From the NCBI GenBank assembly GCA_010356995.1, contig ML996702.1, positions 372,001-436,000 on the forward strand: a DNA stretch of 64,000 nt. The letters run 5' to 3'. Each line of letters opens with the position of its first letter. Positions within the stretch are counted from its first letter, which is position 1. The position numbers and the translations under genes were made by a program. The DNA is from Trichodelitschia bisporula (Eukaryota). This document shows positions 36,277 through 47,443 of this stretch, piece by piece. The notes under the pieces are model-generated. The model was not told the DNA's origin, did no database searches, and was given only the letters and a program-made list of their open reading frames with translations.

Positions 36277-38656
36277 TTGGCCCACACTTTCGAGCTATAG
36301 TGGGTTGGGCGGGCGGATTATCACACCTTCTATCCTCTGCGGCGTAGAGTCAGGAACGAATGCGGCGTGTCTCATGGCTTCAAAGCCGTCAGTCAAGCTT
36401 GCTCGGTGTGTGCGAGACTGCAAGATGCCGCTGTTAGTGCGCGGGATAGAGATTCCCAGAGACAGAGCGAAACAGGGCGTTGCCATGAATGACGAGGGAG
36501 TGGAGTTTGGAGGGGTTAAGAGTCATGGAAGAGCAATCTTCAGATTTAGTGGAACAACTGTTCCTTAATGCCTGCTGGAGCCAATAAACTCAACTTTCAT
36601 TCCCCCTTCCATCTACCATTGATGGACGCTGGTCATAAGGCATAAGCAGCCGAGCAGCTGACATTAAGAAGGCGTAACAAAGGCCTGATACAGGCACTAC
36701 AAAATGTCAATTGGTTCCCCCCAAGCCGCAACATAGATGCGAACTTAAATGCGGATGTTCTAAACCGACCTGGGAAGCTCCTGGCCAGCATCGGCGCGAC
36801 TGCAGCTTGACGGGAAAGCTGCAGAGCCGATACGGATCCGATTTTCGTTCCTTAACCTATCTTTCCATGTTCCCTCTCTCACTGTCTCCCCCAAGATCCG
36901 TCATGATGGTTCGCTTAACTCTGACAACACTCCCTTTATCGCGTATGAGTTCTTGAACTACGGATGTACAGGCTCGTAGAGTGTTCCGCCCTCACATGCA
37001 GCTTTAGTACGCGTGTGTGCTTCTGCAGATGGTATTGGACTACAACAAGGAAGGCACGTAAGTGCTACAACCTGTGCCATATTCGCCCGGAATTGGCACA
37101 GTGATGAAGGATATTGAGGGAGAGAGCGGTAAAATAGTGGGTAAGGCGTTCGGGAAACAGTGAATATTCTGCGTAGTCTTGTCCGGAGCGAGCACAACCA
37201 CGTGCTAGAACTTGGTCCTCTCGGGCAAAGGCTGGAGTTGCCAGGATAAGTATCGTCACGTAAAGGGCGATGACGAATGAAGGAGATGGATCGAGATTCG
37301 AGAAACGGCAAGAGAGCCAGAATAAAGCGGGGAGGCTGCTCGCCGCATGCAAACACTACGGATGTAGTGATAGGCTACTCTAATTGTTCCCCGCGCGGTC
37401 TCAGAAGAAGCGTGGTGCTGGACGTTGGCTGTCTACGGTACGGTAGTTCTAGCGTTCACACACCGGACGGCAGTAATTGATGAGTGGCCGGCGTGGACTG
37501 GCCCGCCTGGCGCGCTGCACGGTGCCAGTGAGGTGCGTCGGCCAACCATAGGTCGCCGTGGCCTAGTCGCAGCGGTTAAGGCGATGCAGCTGGGCAAGAA
37601 TAGACCAGGTTGTCAGGAGCGCCAACTGGGGGCTGCGGGGGCGAATAGAGGGGAAAGTCTGGGGATTGGGAGGATGTGCACTATTATCTCAAACTGCGCG
37701 TGATATACATGAATGGAACAGGGAAGAGGTGGTAAGTACGATGAACAGACATAAGAGTGGGTGAAAAGCAGGCGCTCCAGGCACAACGATGGAATGGTAG
37801 AGCACGCCAACGCGGACGGAGATGATTATACGGGGAGAGTTCGCCTCAGGGCGAGAACAGAGGATCAGGTCTGGATATGATGCCTGGCGGATCCCACCGA
37901 TGTGATCATGGCTGGGTGGTTCCCAGCAGTTAGAGCCCAAGGATCGCGTTGTACCGTACGTACCAAGAGCCGGGCCAGTGACAGGTATGATGTGCAAGAA
38001 CCGATCTTGAACATTCCATCGTCCTGAACTGATCTCAATAGAGATGAGAAAAGGGAGGAAGAAGGGCGGAAGAGGCTGAAGTGAAAGAGATATCTCAAAA
38101 GACCCAGGAGACCTACCGACGCAGACTCGCGGGCAGACGGGCAACAGTCGTGGCGTGGTCCGATCGCGAGTCACCTGTCGGAGAGTTTAGAGGGTGTGCC
38201 CTGAGCTCGGCCCTGAAAATAGCCAGGGTGTGGAGGGGAAGAGGAGGCAGTCTGTGCGTTAACTGGGCAGAGGGAGGAAGGGAGAGAAGGGCTGAATGGA
38301 GGGGTTTGTACGTACGGTACGAGGTAGTAGTGAGGGAGAAATGGAGGAGTCTCCGCCGCCCCACTGGACAGAGGGAGGATCAAAAAAGAGAGAGGAAGAA
38401 GAGCAGGAAGAAGCAAAAGAAGCAGCACCAAGCGGGAGGAATCCCCTACATCCATACACACAGTTTACGGTACTGTGGTCGAGATGCCCACTATCGTCTG
38501 CCTCTCATAACCACACAATACCCCCTGGATTTGGTGGAAACGCAGGCGGACCAGGCGGGTGCTTTGTGTGAAGCGCGCTGCTGGGTTTGAGTGGCTCAGG
38601 GACCAAGCGCTAAACGCTATCGGGCGTTCACCCACGCCTTCGCGCAAGGCCGTAGA

Positions 38657-38805
38657 CCAATCTTAACCAATGATAGCCTCAGACCTACTAGCTTCGCACC
38701 AATGGGACTTGCCTCAACCCTGGTACTTGCACTTTTTCACCCTTCGTCCCTTCCAAAAGTTCAAGGTGGTTCCTGCCCCAAAGGCCACAGTGCCAAGCCC
38801 CCAAT
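38657..38805 (+). promoter_or_regulatory. Cluster of four CCAAT boxes upstream of a CT-rich tract (probable core promoter of the 39857 gene)
   Basis: CCAAT at 38657, 38667, 38699 and 38801, followed by a pyrimidine tract at ~38850-39030. Confidence 0.45.
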
Positions 38806-39856
38806 GGTTGTCTCCCTCTCTAAAGCCCACCCTCCTGGCTTTCCCGTACCACTTTCTCTTCTTCTGCTGCCTCATTGACCTTTCTTCTCTTCTCATCCTC
38901 TCCTCCTCCTCTTCTCTCCCGCAACCTCTCCTCTCGACATTCCCTCACCACTCCCTCTTCCCTCTCTCTCCTCCCTTCTCCTTTCTCCTCCTCGAAAGTC
39001 CGCCTTCCACATCGTTTCCTTTCCTCGGGCTTCTCACCCCAGTAGCTTATTAGCAGGATTTTAATCGCAGTCCGCGGAGCGCGCGCCCGTCGCTGCCCTT
39101 TTGGCTTGAAGCCTTCCACAAACTCCACCATCCGAACAACCGTATCGTTCACGCAACCTCCCACAAAAGGCTATCACAGCAGCTCCGCCTTCCGCACCTG
39201 TTGTGGCATCACGCTTGCAACTCTTAGATCAAAATCCCCCAGTCCTTCCAGCATCTGCATCATTTGTTCATACTTTCTTGCCATTCGGAAGAAAAGACAC
39301 CAGTCGCACGGCTCGTGGTTTCGACGTTCTGTCCACTCGGTTAGCTCGCGTCATTCGCACAACGTTTACGTCTGTCTGTCGCGTCTTCTACCGTTGGTCG
39401 TTTGACAAGCTATCCATCATCGCCATTGACAGTTCTCCTCGTCGCCCTGGAACACGACCATCGGCTGCCGTTTCGATTTTTACCGCATCAATTTTTCGTT
39501 CTCAACTACCTCTAATCCCTAATCCACGCTTCATCGACTGCGTCGGTTTTCGCTGATCGCCTGGCTCTCACGCAATCAGCTGTACAAACGTCTCTTTGTC
39601 CTTCGCGTCAGTTCAAGGGTTCACACCTCCGGCTTCCAGGACAGATACATCGCAATCTGTCCCGATACGCGTCAGCAACCCCATCACTCACGATTTCACC
39701 TCTGACTTTTGTTAGTCGTGAGGCCAATCGGCACTCCTTGACCGCCGGAGAACGTCATCTCCGACTTCTAAATCACACGCTCCGCACTTTGCGTGAGATT
39801 CCTCTGTTCTTCGACACCTGCTCATTTTGAGTACGACGCTGGCGGTTTTACTCAAA

Positions 39857-41452
39857 ATGTCCTACAACAATTTTCCAAACAATGGCCTCGGCATGCCCTC
39901 TGCCGGCTTTGCGTCCCGCGGCAAAGGCAATGGTCTCAAGCGTCTGAGCGTTGCTGCTCCTCCTAAGATCAACTCAATCAGCGAAAACCATGTGGATAGC
40001 ACTCCGACCCCGCCTCGTACCAGCCGTTCACATCTTCTTGCCAATCTGCGCACCGCTCCTCGCACACCCGCGGCTCCAACTTCCGCTCCTCTAAGCCAGC
40101 CACAGTACGGCATGAACGCAGCCCAGTACGGAAACCAAGGCAATATTGGCACGGGCCAAGGTGTCCCCCATACGTCGATAGGCACGAACTTTCCGAATTC
40201 GTCTCGCCAGTACACCATGGCCGCTGGCCAGCAGTATTATGCTTTGCCCGAGGTTCTTGCACCGCCTCCTGTCGAGATGGATGAGAGCTTTGAGGATCCT
40301 GACACCTTTGCGCGTCTCCAAGCGACAAAGCAGTACCTTGCTCTTCGCCAGCAGATGCTTCAGGAACAGCTGAGGGTTCTCAATCTCAGCGCCCAGATGC
40401 ATGGAATGAATCTTGGCGGCCAGCGTCCCTCGACTCATGGCTACCCCCAGACGCCCGTCACTCCCCATATGGGTATGTACAACCAGCAGCAGCAGCAGCC
40501 GATGAATATGCAGCCCATCATTCAGGAGGCACCTGGGCACCCTGGCCTCTATCTCGTCATCAATCCCCTTACCGGCGCTTACACATATGCCGTTGACGAG
40601 AGCATGCAGCAGGAGCCCCAGTTGGCCAATTCGCCTCCTCCGCCAACGCCGAGCCACTCGACTAACTTCAATCTTGGCACTCCGACATTCCGGGCGCAAG
40701 TCTCGCCGCCGGCCGAGGCCGAAAATTCCTACACTCGTAGTATCTCGCCTCCTAAGAAGACGCCTTCGCCTCCGCAGGATGTCACGCCTTTGCCTCCTCC
40801 GTCTGTCAACGCCTTCCGTCGTGGTCACCACAAGAAGATCTCGTCTCTTGCATTGAACAACACTGCTGTCGCTGATGGACCAAAGTCTGCATTTGTTCGT
40901 CCTGTTGGCATGCCTCAGACTCCCACAACGGGAACCTTTGGTCCAGGTCAGGCACGCGCTGGCGAGCACCCTTCTCGCCAGCCTCGCGGTCCGCCAAACA
41001 TCGAAGAGCTCGTCGCCAAGCCTACCACTAAGCATGCTGGAAGTAAGAACTTTGCTACCCGTCAACGTCGTCAGGCGCTGCACAGCCTTGTCCGTGCTGG
41101 GCTTGAGCGTCGTGTTGCCCGTCCGGGAAGCGGCAGCGCTGGAAGCATGACTCCCGTTTCCGAGACGGAGTTGACGTTTTCCGTTCCTTCGGATAATGAT
41201 TCCGATAGCGGTCGCAGCGTCAACGGTGGCGCCAGTCTTTCCAACAAGATCAGCATTGGAAGCCTGCGGGCTGTTGCCAATGGCGCCATTGGATCCGAGC
41301 GCAAGGCATCCAAGGAGCGTTTGAGCTCATCCAGCGAGCCCACCAGCGAGAGTGATTCGGCCGACAGCAAGAGCTCAGTTGGTCAGCGCCGCAAGGCTCC
41401 TATCCTAGCTCTTGCGAATGCTGCCGAGAAGCGGAAGGGGAATGTTTACTAG
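39857..41452 (+). CDS. Conserved-looking fungal low-complexity protein (Pro/Gln/Ser-rich), single exon, ~531 aa
   Basis: Long ORF, ATG in caaaATG context. Islands KRLSV, RTSRSHLLANLRT, PPPSVNAFRRGHHK, TFGPGQARAGEHPSRQPRGPP.EEL, KNFATRQRRQA; short polyQ (CAG repeat). Confidence 0.8.
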   Translation: MSYNNFPNNGLGMPSAGFASRGKGNGLKRLSVAAPPKINSISENHVDSTPTPPRTSRSHLLANLRTAPRTPAAPTSAPLSQPQYGMNAAQYGNQGNIGTGQGVPHTSIGTNFPNSSRQYTMAAGQQYYALPEVLAPPPVEMDESFEDPDTFARLQATKQYLALRQQMLQEQLRVLNLSAQMHGMNLGGQRPSTHGYPQTPVTPHMGMYNQQQQQPMNMQPIIQEAPGHPGLYLVINPLTGAYTYAVDESMQQEPQLANSPPPPTPSHSTNFNLGTPTFRAQVSPPAEAENSYTRSISPPKKTPSPPQDVTPLPPPSVNAFRRGHHKKISSLALNNTAVADGPKSAFVRPVGMPQTPTTGTFGPGQARAGEHPSRQPRGPPNIEELVAKPTTKHAGSKNFATRQRRQALHSLVRAGLERRVARPGSGSAGSMTPVSETELTFSVPSDNDSDSGRSVNGGASLSNKISIGSLRAVANGAIGSERKASKERLSSSSEPTSESDSADSKSSVGQRRKAPILALANAAEKRKGNVY

Positions 41453-43116
41453 ACGCGTTGGAGGATTTCCAAGGCTGGATACTTTCGGAGTCCGCTTTAT
41501 CCACGCAGTCTCGTGGGAAATCTGGGAGTCTCTTCTCCGCTAATTGTGCTGCTGGAGCACTTCGCGGCGGAAGTTCGGTCACTGAGGTTGTGTAACGACC
41601 CTTTATGACATGGTTCTATTTCAGTTTCGCAGTGATTTTTTCAGACTTGTCTCCTCCGTGCACCGAAGGATGTTCCGACAAGGACCTGTATTATCTGCGA
41701 CATTCAAAACTCCACGATCTTCACTTCTTCACACGCTCGCTTCTGCCGTCAGCCACGTGCGTCCCGAGTCCCTAGTAGCTCTGGGTTATCTTGGTTCCGA
41801 CAGGCATTGAATGTGTCAGCTTCGCAGCTTTTATGGCTTGCCATCATCATGTTCTCGCATCCCACGTCCCTTTTTACGATATTCCATAATGAAGCAAAGG
41901 GGTCAAACTCTTGACATACAAATGGATGGGTGGAATCTGCGCATTTGAATCCTTTTGTTCTACACCGCGCGTATTTCCGTTCTTACTCGTCTGTGTAATG
42001 GTCTCGCTGACACAAAACTTCGACTTTTGCCAGTCGGCCATGCGTTGTCATTACCTTTCGATTACTCGCGTTTCCTTGCGTTGACGTATGTACGCGCGAG
42101 AGGTGAGGGTTTGATTCTTCGCGATGTTGAGTTAGACGCGGTACGGGGTTGGCGTTGGCTTCTAGCTTTCTCCACGTCTTGGCTGCTCTGTTCTTTTGTG
42201 AATATGGAGTGTTTTGGAGTGGAATGTCTCCATTAGCTCCAGTCTTGTTGCTGAATAGTTTCTGGCGGCGGTGAAGGACTGGCTACGGTCTTTGGCTACA
42301 GGAATGTTGTGTTCGTTCGGCAAACCCCGGTTCCGTGACAGGAGCCGGACGTTGCAGGATACGCAGGCATGAGTCCTGGTAGTCGGCAGCTTGCTCAGGT
42401 GCCCTAGATTCTGTGCCTGTAGAGCTTTTTGGATTGGGGAACGGGTTATGGGATAATAGATACAAGAGCAATCGATTCAACGAATGGGTTCTCTAAGGGA
42501 TTGTTAGAGTGCATTCAGACAGAACCGTAGACGTGTTCTGCGGCAATTTGCTAGCTAGTGGACGGTCGTTGTCTCTTCCGAAGGTGCTCGAACTGTGAGA
42601 TATGGTGCTATCTCCTAGGATTCCTCAACCCCCGCCTTCCTCCTTCCAATTTCTAGTACATATTCATGCGGGCCGCCAGCCACTCCCGCTCGAATTCACA
42701 CCAACCTCATGCGCGCGACCCTCCAGAGACCATCAAAAAGGAAACACGGTTAGCAACTTCATCACATGTTATAGTGTTTATCATCTCGTCGTCCACTCTT
42801 ACCGTAGCAGGCTTCCGCCCTGCTGCTCGGCTGCATGCCGCCAGCTCGAACTCTTCCCGTCGGACGTAACCTTAACGCCCAGCTGCTGTGTCCCGCCGGG
42901 ATCACCGCTTCATTCGCGTGCAAACGCGGCACAGCAGAAGGTTTGGGAGAGGAGCATGGTGGGGCTGCTGGTAGGATGGGCGCAAGGCTGTCAGCGGCAT
43001 GAACGGTCCGCGGCAGCTTAGCTCTGGAGTCTGGCCCATGGTTGCACTCCGTAAGCTGGTACTTAAAGAGTCATGAAGTGGCAACGGCTTTCTAACAATC
43101 ATATTGACCTTCAACA

Positions 43117-44810
43117 ATGGATTTTGATGATGCTACCACGTTTTCTTTCCTGGGCAAGAAGAAGTATGGGAAAAAGAAAAAGTCAGCAGCTATATTTGAA
43201 GTTGCACCTCCATCACCCCCGCCTCCAGTCCCAGGAGATTCGGTGGCCGAGGATGCTTGGAGCCTTCGCTTCAACGCCCGTCCAACGCACTCGTACGCAC
43301 CCTTCCTAGGCATTTTCATCGGGCTAACAAACATGTGCTTAGTGTTTATGACAAGCGTTGCCACGAGACTCCAGTCGGAAGTTCTGTGTACTACATACAC
43401 CCGGGAATCATTGCGCCGTATCCGAGGCTGAGCTCCGATTTTGGGTGGGGCAAGCACCCTCATTTTGGCGATATCGATCCTGATATCGGCCACACGCTCG
43501 TCCATTTTCTTTACACCGGATCCTATGAGACCCTTAAGTCAGATGATATCCCATCTGCGGACGATAAGCTCAAAGAGTGCAAACGCGCTTTCCTTTCTTA
43601 CCAAGCCGCAATCGCATACGACCTCGATGGCCTCGTCGAACTCGCCAGAGAGCGAGTCAAAGCACTCCGGGAGTTTGTCACCATCTTCGATCTCCTTCAG
43701 ATGGCAGAGACCGTTTACCCCAAACTTCCAGAGCATGAGGAATGGTTGGCCATCTACCTGGCTGCCGAGGCCAAGGCAGAGTTCAAGCTAGACAAAACCA
43801 TCTTCCTCAAGGAATGCCTGCATGCACACGTAGGAGAGACACCCAGAATCAACAGTGTCTTATTCACCGTCATGGCCGAAGCGCACGAAGAGGAAATAGT
43901 CGCCATGGTCGAAGCGCATGAGAAGGAACGGGCCGCCATGACTAAAGAATTTGAAGAGAAACAGGTCAGCATGGCCAAAGCATATGAGGAGGGACGGGCC
44001 GCCATGGCCGCAGCATACGAGGAGAAACTCACCAAAATTTCCGCCAACCCCGTGGCGGCAGAGCCGAATTCCGCAAACAGGACTTCAGCACCCTGTGAAG
44101 CTGAACAACCGTCACCTCGCTCGTCATCTGAGTTCTCTGTCGAGCAGTCTTCGGAACTGGAATCCCGTCCCACTGGGAGCATACCGGAGCATCAGGCTCG
44201 TCAACCGATGCCTGAGGCTGCCACGACCGAGTCCCCGCGAGACATTCATCCCACTACACCTGTTGATGTCTTTTCTCGCTGGGGATCACACAGAAGATCC
44301 AGTTCAGCTTCCAATGTTCAACCAGCACTGGTTCCACGTCCCAAATCGGACGTTTCCGTGGAAGCTTCACCAGTGATGGTTGAAGGGCAAGACCCATGGG
44401 AGACTTGGGGCATTCCGGACAAAAAGAAGAAGGGCAAAGCAGTGGAGTTGGAGCCAGAACCGGCACCAGCACCGGGGTCGGAATCAGGGCCGAAACTGGT
44501 CCAGCCGGAGCCCAAGGACCTGGATTTCTGTGAGCCGGAGCCGGAGCCGGAGCCGGAAGTTGACGCGTGGAGCGTCTGGGGCCTCACGAAGAAAAAGAAG
44601 AAGGAAACAACCTGGAAGACGGAACCAGAACCTGAACCGGAGGCAGAGCCTGGGCAGGAGCTGGGATTCGAGCTCGACCTGGAATATGAGCCCTCGGTCA
44701 AGACGACGAAGAAACAGAAGAAGAAGAGCAGGCGCCTCGAGCCTCTCCCCGAGCCGGAGGATCCTGTTGGACCCGAACTTGAGACTGGGCTGGAGGGGCC
44801 CGGGGAATAG
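43117..44810 (+). CDS. Hypothetical protein with divergent BTB-like domain, coiled coil and EP / W-x-KKKK repeats (2 exons)
   Basis: Exon 1 from acaATGg; intron gtacgc...gctaac...ttag (~43293-43342). DIDPDIGHTLVHFLYTGSYETL...YQAAIAYDLDGLVELA; heptad MAEAHEEE/MVEAHEKE/MAKAYEEG repeats; (GAGCCG)n encoding EPEPEP. Confidence 0.7.
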
Positions 44811-45597
44811 TTGCTGGTGTAAGAGGTACAGCCCGATAGCTCCGTCTTTGCGGAGACATCCCGTACTAATATCCGCTTGGCTTCAGATTCGCTGTTAGAA
44901 CATTTGGCCTGTGGCTCAGACGAGGGAGGCAACTCCCCCGATGCCGGATTTCTCTCTCGTCGGGCTCGGAGTGACGATAGCAGCGATGATGGGTATGCAA
45001 TCATTCGGAAGCAGTGATTTGGTTTTGCTTGGCTAGTTAGCGGTGTGCGAGGAAGTTGATTCCACAGTTTCTTGTTTCCAAGTTAAGGGAATTCATAATT
45101 CATTCATGATACCGTTTCGACGAAGCTAATTATCCACTGATGTCTGTCGCTCCGTGCACACCTACACAGTAGTTGATGAACAACATACAAGTAGAATACA
45201 GTCCCAATCTCCGACTTCGCAATATCAAGATTGCCAAGTTTAAAAGTGGCTGGGTGGATGGCTGAGCATGCACCGCCACACCAGCTGCTTGTGAATACCC
45301 AGGCGGAGATTTGCTCACGACAGGATGTGTCAGCTTACCCCATATCAAGACTTTACTACGGAGGTATTTCCCTCTACTGTAGCCTTTGAGCTTCCCATGC
45401 GATAACCGCTCACCTCGATTCTTGGAAATATCCAACAGCACCGATAGCGCCTGAACCTTTCGTCAGAACTTCTGCCCGAAGTGAACCCTAGTTCTAGAAC
45501 TAGATTTCAACTGCCCGCGCTTACTGAGTGGCTGATCCGTCGACTTCCGCCTCATCAAACGCCCCGATCCTTCCAACTCCCAATTCACGAGGACAAG

Positions 45598-46780
45598 ATG
45601 TCATACAGCCAATATGGTGGCAACCCGTATGGAGGTGGAAACATTGCAGACGAAGGCCGGGGCTACGGCCAAGCACAAGGAGGTTATAGCCAACCCTCGG
45701 GCGGCGTCGGCCAGACACAGGGTGGTTACAGTGCGGGTTATGGTGGAGATACGTATGGCAGCCAAGTGAGTTCTCCGAACATTGGGATCCATCATGCAGA
45801 AGAGGAATGTTCTCTAACAGCCTTATGTGCGCAGGCGCATAACCTTAATGCTCCACCCCTTGATCAGCAAACCTCCAACCAGTCCCAAGCGTCCCAATAC
45901 TCGAATCAACCGAAGAATGACGAGCCCCCACGTGTACTGTCAAATTCCGACTTCTATACACGTGTTGATGGAATCCGGAAGCTGCTGCAGGAACTTTCCG
46001 ACATCATTGGGCAGATCGCCGCAGAGCACGAGAAGTTGTTGACGCGCCCAGTATACGACCGTGCTGCCCTCGATAACTTGGTCAGCCAGGCACAAGCTAA
46101 GAATGCAACAATCAAGGACCAAATCCTCTTTCTCGAGAAGGATGTCTTGCGCTCAGGCAGCAACGTTGGCAAGAGTAATCAATTGAATCACATCAAACGA
46201 GAGTTCAAGAATCGCATTCAGGATTTCCAGCAACAAGAGGTGGCATACAGGCAGAGGAGTCGGCAGGCGCTTGAAAGACAGTATGAAATTGTCTACGGGA
46301 AAGATGACAGGGAGTCAATACAGCGTGCTTTGGAAAGCAATTCCCATGATCAGGGTGTTTTCCAACAAGCCGTACGTTAATGCTCGTCGAAGTTTGGCTG
46401 CTTTCGTATACTCACCCTTATTTCAGCTCCTTTCCAGCCGAAATGGCGCGTCGCAGTCTACGCTTGACAACGTTCGAAACCGACACAACGACATCGCGAA
46501 AATCGAGCAGACGCTCATTGAGCTCAACCAGCTCTTTCAGGACCTTCAGGAGACCGTTGTCCTTCAAGACCCCGCTGTTCAAGCTGCCGAACAGCAGACG
46601 GACAACGTGGTCAAAGACACAGAGCAAGCAAACACACAACTTCACAAGAGCGTCGAGCATGCTCGACGAGCGCGCAAGCTCAAGTGGTGGTGCTTTGGGA
46701 TTTGCGTCCTCGTTGTGCTCATTCTGGCCCTTGTTTTGGGGCTTGTCTTCGGCCTCAAGAAGGCCTCAGACAAAGCCTAA
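45598..46780 (+). CDS. Plasma-membrane syntaxin (Sso-type Qa t-SNARE), 3 exons
   Basis: Habc-like helices; LERQYEIV; SNARE motif VRNRHNDIAKIEQTLIELNQLFQDL...VLQDPAV (Q layer); ARRARKLKWWC followed by C-terminal TM. Introns gtgagt...cag and gtacgt...cag. Confidence 0.9.
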
Positions 46781-47443
46781 ACCTGCGTGGAAACTTCGGT
46801 TTAGAACAATTCTCTTCAAGGGGTCATCTCCCATAGTTATGGCATTCTCGTACGACTTTAGCACGGTACGCCGGTGGGTTTGTCGGGACTTTTGGTCTCG
46901 AGGTTTGGCTGTTTCGTTTTTGTCAATACTGTCTCATTTCTGGACAAGGAGCGTCGTCCATGTACATGCGCATTGAATATTGTCTTTTTCCGATGGGTTT
47001 TAGATGAAAATCGGCTCTCCCAATGCATAATACAATAATGTGTTTGTTGTCTTACCCTTAAACGCTTCCATATGACATTATGCTCGAAGACTGTGTTCGC
47101 GGGGGCCAGTCTGGAGTTGCTGAACCATCAACAATTGGATGAACTATGACCATTATAGCTATGTTATTCCTGAATCAAAGTGTGATCAGATATTGAATCA
47201 CTCAGGACAATAGCCACGTTTCAGTGTCAGCAGTTAGCTTGTGTAGCTACTACTACCGTACCAACCATAATTCTTACAGTGAGCTAACTGTCAGATACAA
47301 GTACATCACCAGCCTCGGCTCGAGGGCCATCGGCAATCCTTACCCCACGCAGGAGCTCAGACACCTGCAAGCTTGCTTTAGCGATAGTAATGTAGCCTTC
47401 GCAAACATGCAATCCTAGTTGCGGTATCCATTCGACAGACAAA

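Noticed and set aside
40091..41083. 330-aa minus-strand ORF
   Set aside because: Antisense shadow of the codon-biased plus-strand gene; the translation is not protein-like.
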